Assembly: GCF_009914755.1 (NCBI RefSeq)
Contig: NC_060930.1
Strand: one strand, 5' to 3'
From: the human T2T-CHM13v2.0 reference genome, Homo sapiens
Length of the DNA: 64,000 nt
Part shown: piece by piece, positions 63,019 to 64,000 of the stretch
Layout of the letters: every line of letters starts with the position of its first letter
How positions within the stretch are numbered: the first letter of the stretch is position 1
Translations under genes and position numbers: made by a program
The notes under the pieces: generated by a model
What the model saw: only the letters and a program-made list of their open reading frames with translations
Database searches by the model: none
Told to the model about the DNA's origin: nothing

Positions 63019-64000
63019 AGTACACAGGGCTTCAGATCCTGAATCCGGATGTTCCTGAGACAATCTGGTTCCCAGGCATCCTGTCGGGGTCTGTTGTGGT
63101 GAGAACCTTGCTTTCTTCCAGGACCTCAGCTCTCTCCCTCTCCTCCTCCCAGGGAAGAAGCTGGTTCTTAAGACTTTGACTGTGAACTGAGGGATGAAGC
63201 TGCCCAGAGCCCCGGCACCTCCCACACCCCGCTGAAAGCTCCCTCTCTCCCCCTCCCACCCCGGCTGTGGCAGCCAACACCATGACTCAGGCCCCATCCC
63301 CACAGCCCTCCACAGGCCCCCAGATTGCTACCCAGTGCCCTGGCATGTTAAGCAGTACAGATGGCAATTAACTGCGTGACAGGAAAATATCCCAAGACTA
63401 ATTATTTCAGGGACAAGACCGGGGACCATTAATAAGTGATGAAGGAATCTTTCCAGAGGCTCCTTGGCTGGCTCCTGCACCAGCCTGCAGAAGGCTGGAG
63501 ATGGAAGGGGACCCTTCCCCACGCAGAGCTCAGTGGTGTGAGTGGGTGGGTGGTGAGACAGGTGGCAGTGCCTTTCCAGGGGAAGTCAAGCCGCTCTTCC
63601 CAGCAGTTAAATCGACAGCTGTTAAGGGTGCAGTCCTCATCCTTCAGACAGGCAGAAAGCAAACAACAGTGGTTCCCTGGATCTTCTCTGATGAATAATT
63701 GATTGTAGAATGCAATCTCATGAATGAATTCCGGGAGAATCCCCAGTCACCCCCTTCTACATTCTCACATCTGCCTCCCCTTCCCTGGCTCAATCCAAGT
63801 GGCAGGCACAATTTCCATTTTCCTGAAACGAATCTGTTTCCTCTGTGCCTGCTTCTAACGTGGCCCCCGGGACAACTCCCACAAGGAGCAGCAGTCAGAG
63901 GCCAGGAACAAAGGGTGGCGTGCCCAGATGGAGGGCTGAACCACACCGGGTCAGCCCTGTGCTTGGACAGTGTCTCACTCCAGCAGCATATCACAGCAAG

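Overview
This is primate (human-like) non-coding genomic DNA, intergenic or deep intronic. It is moderately GC-rich, CpG-depleted and has no CpG island. It is dense in ancient interspersed repeats: many MIR and L2 fragments, L1ME-type fragments, ERVL/MaLR solo LTRs (MLT1, MLT2, MST, LTR16, MER21) and hAT MITEs (MER3, MER5, MER58). It also holds five Alus and one complete THE1 MaLR provirus (9416-11673, perfect ACAAT target-site duplication). I found no credible protein-coding gene, structural RNA gene or CRISPR array; the ORF track is explained by repeats and chance. I cannot identify the locus, and I do not see evidence for a new gene system. The most unusual signal is three apparent fossil local template-switch events. 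(1) A 90-bp copy of a neighbouring MLT1A 3' end is pasted inside an AluJ. (2) A three-armed AluS has an extra arm that is an inverted copy of a nearby AluJb arm. (3) A perfect fold-back hairpin replaces part of a MIR. Also notable are several minisatellites (a 46-bp VNTR with 4-unit higher-order structure, an L2-derived ~38-bp array, and a 29-bp array at a DNA-transposon end), DUX4-type motifs in LTRs and a strong CTCF motif. Repeat family names come from my recall of consensus sequences, not from a search, and boundaries of old elements are approximate.
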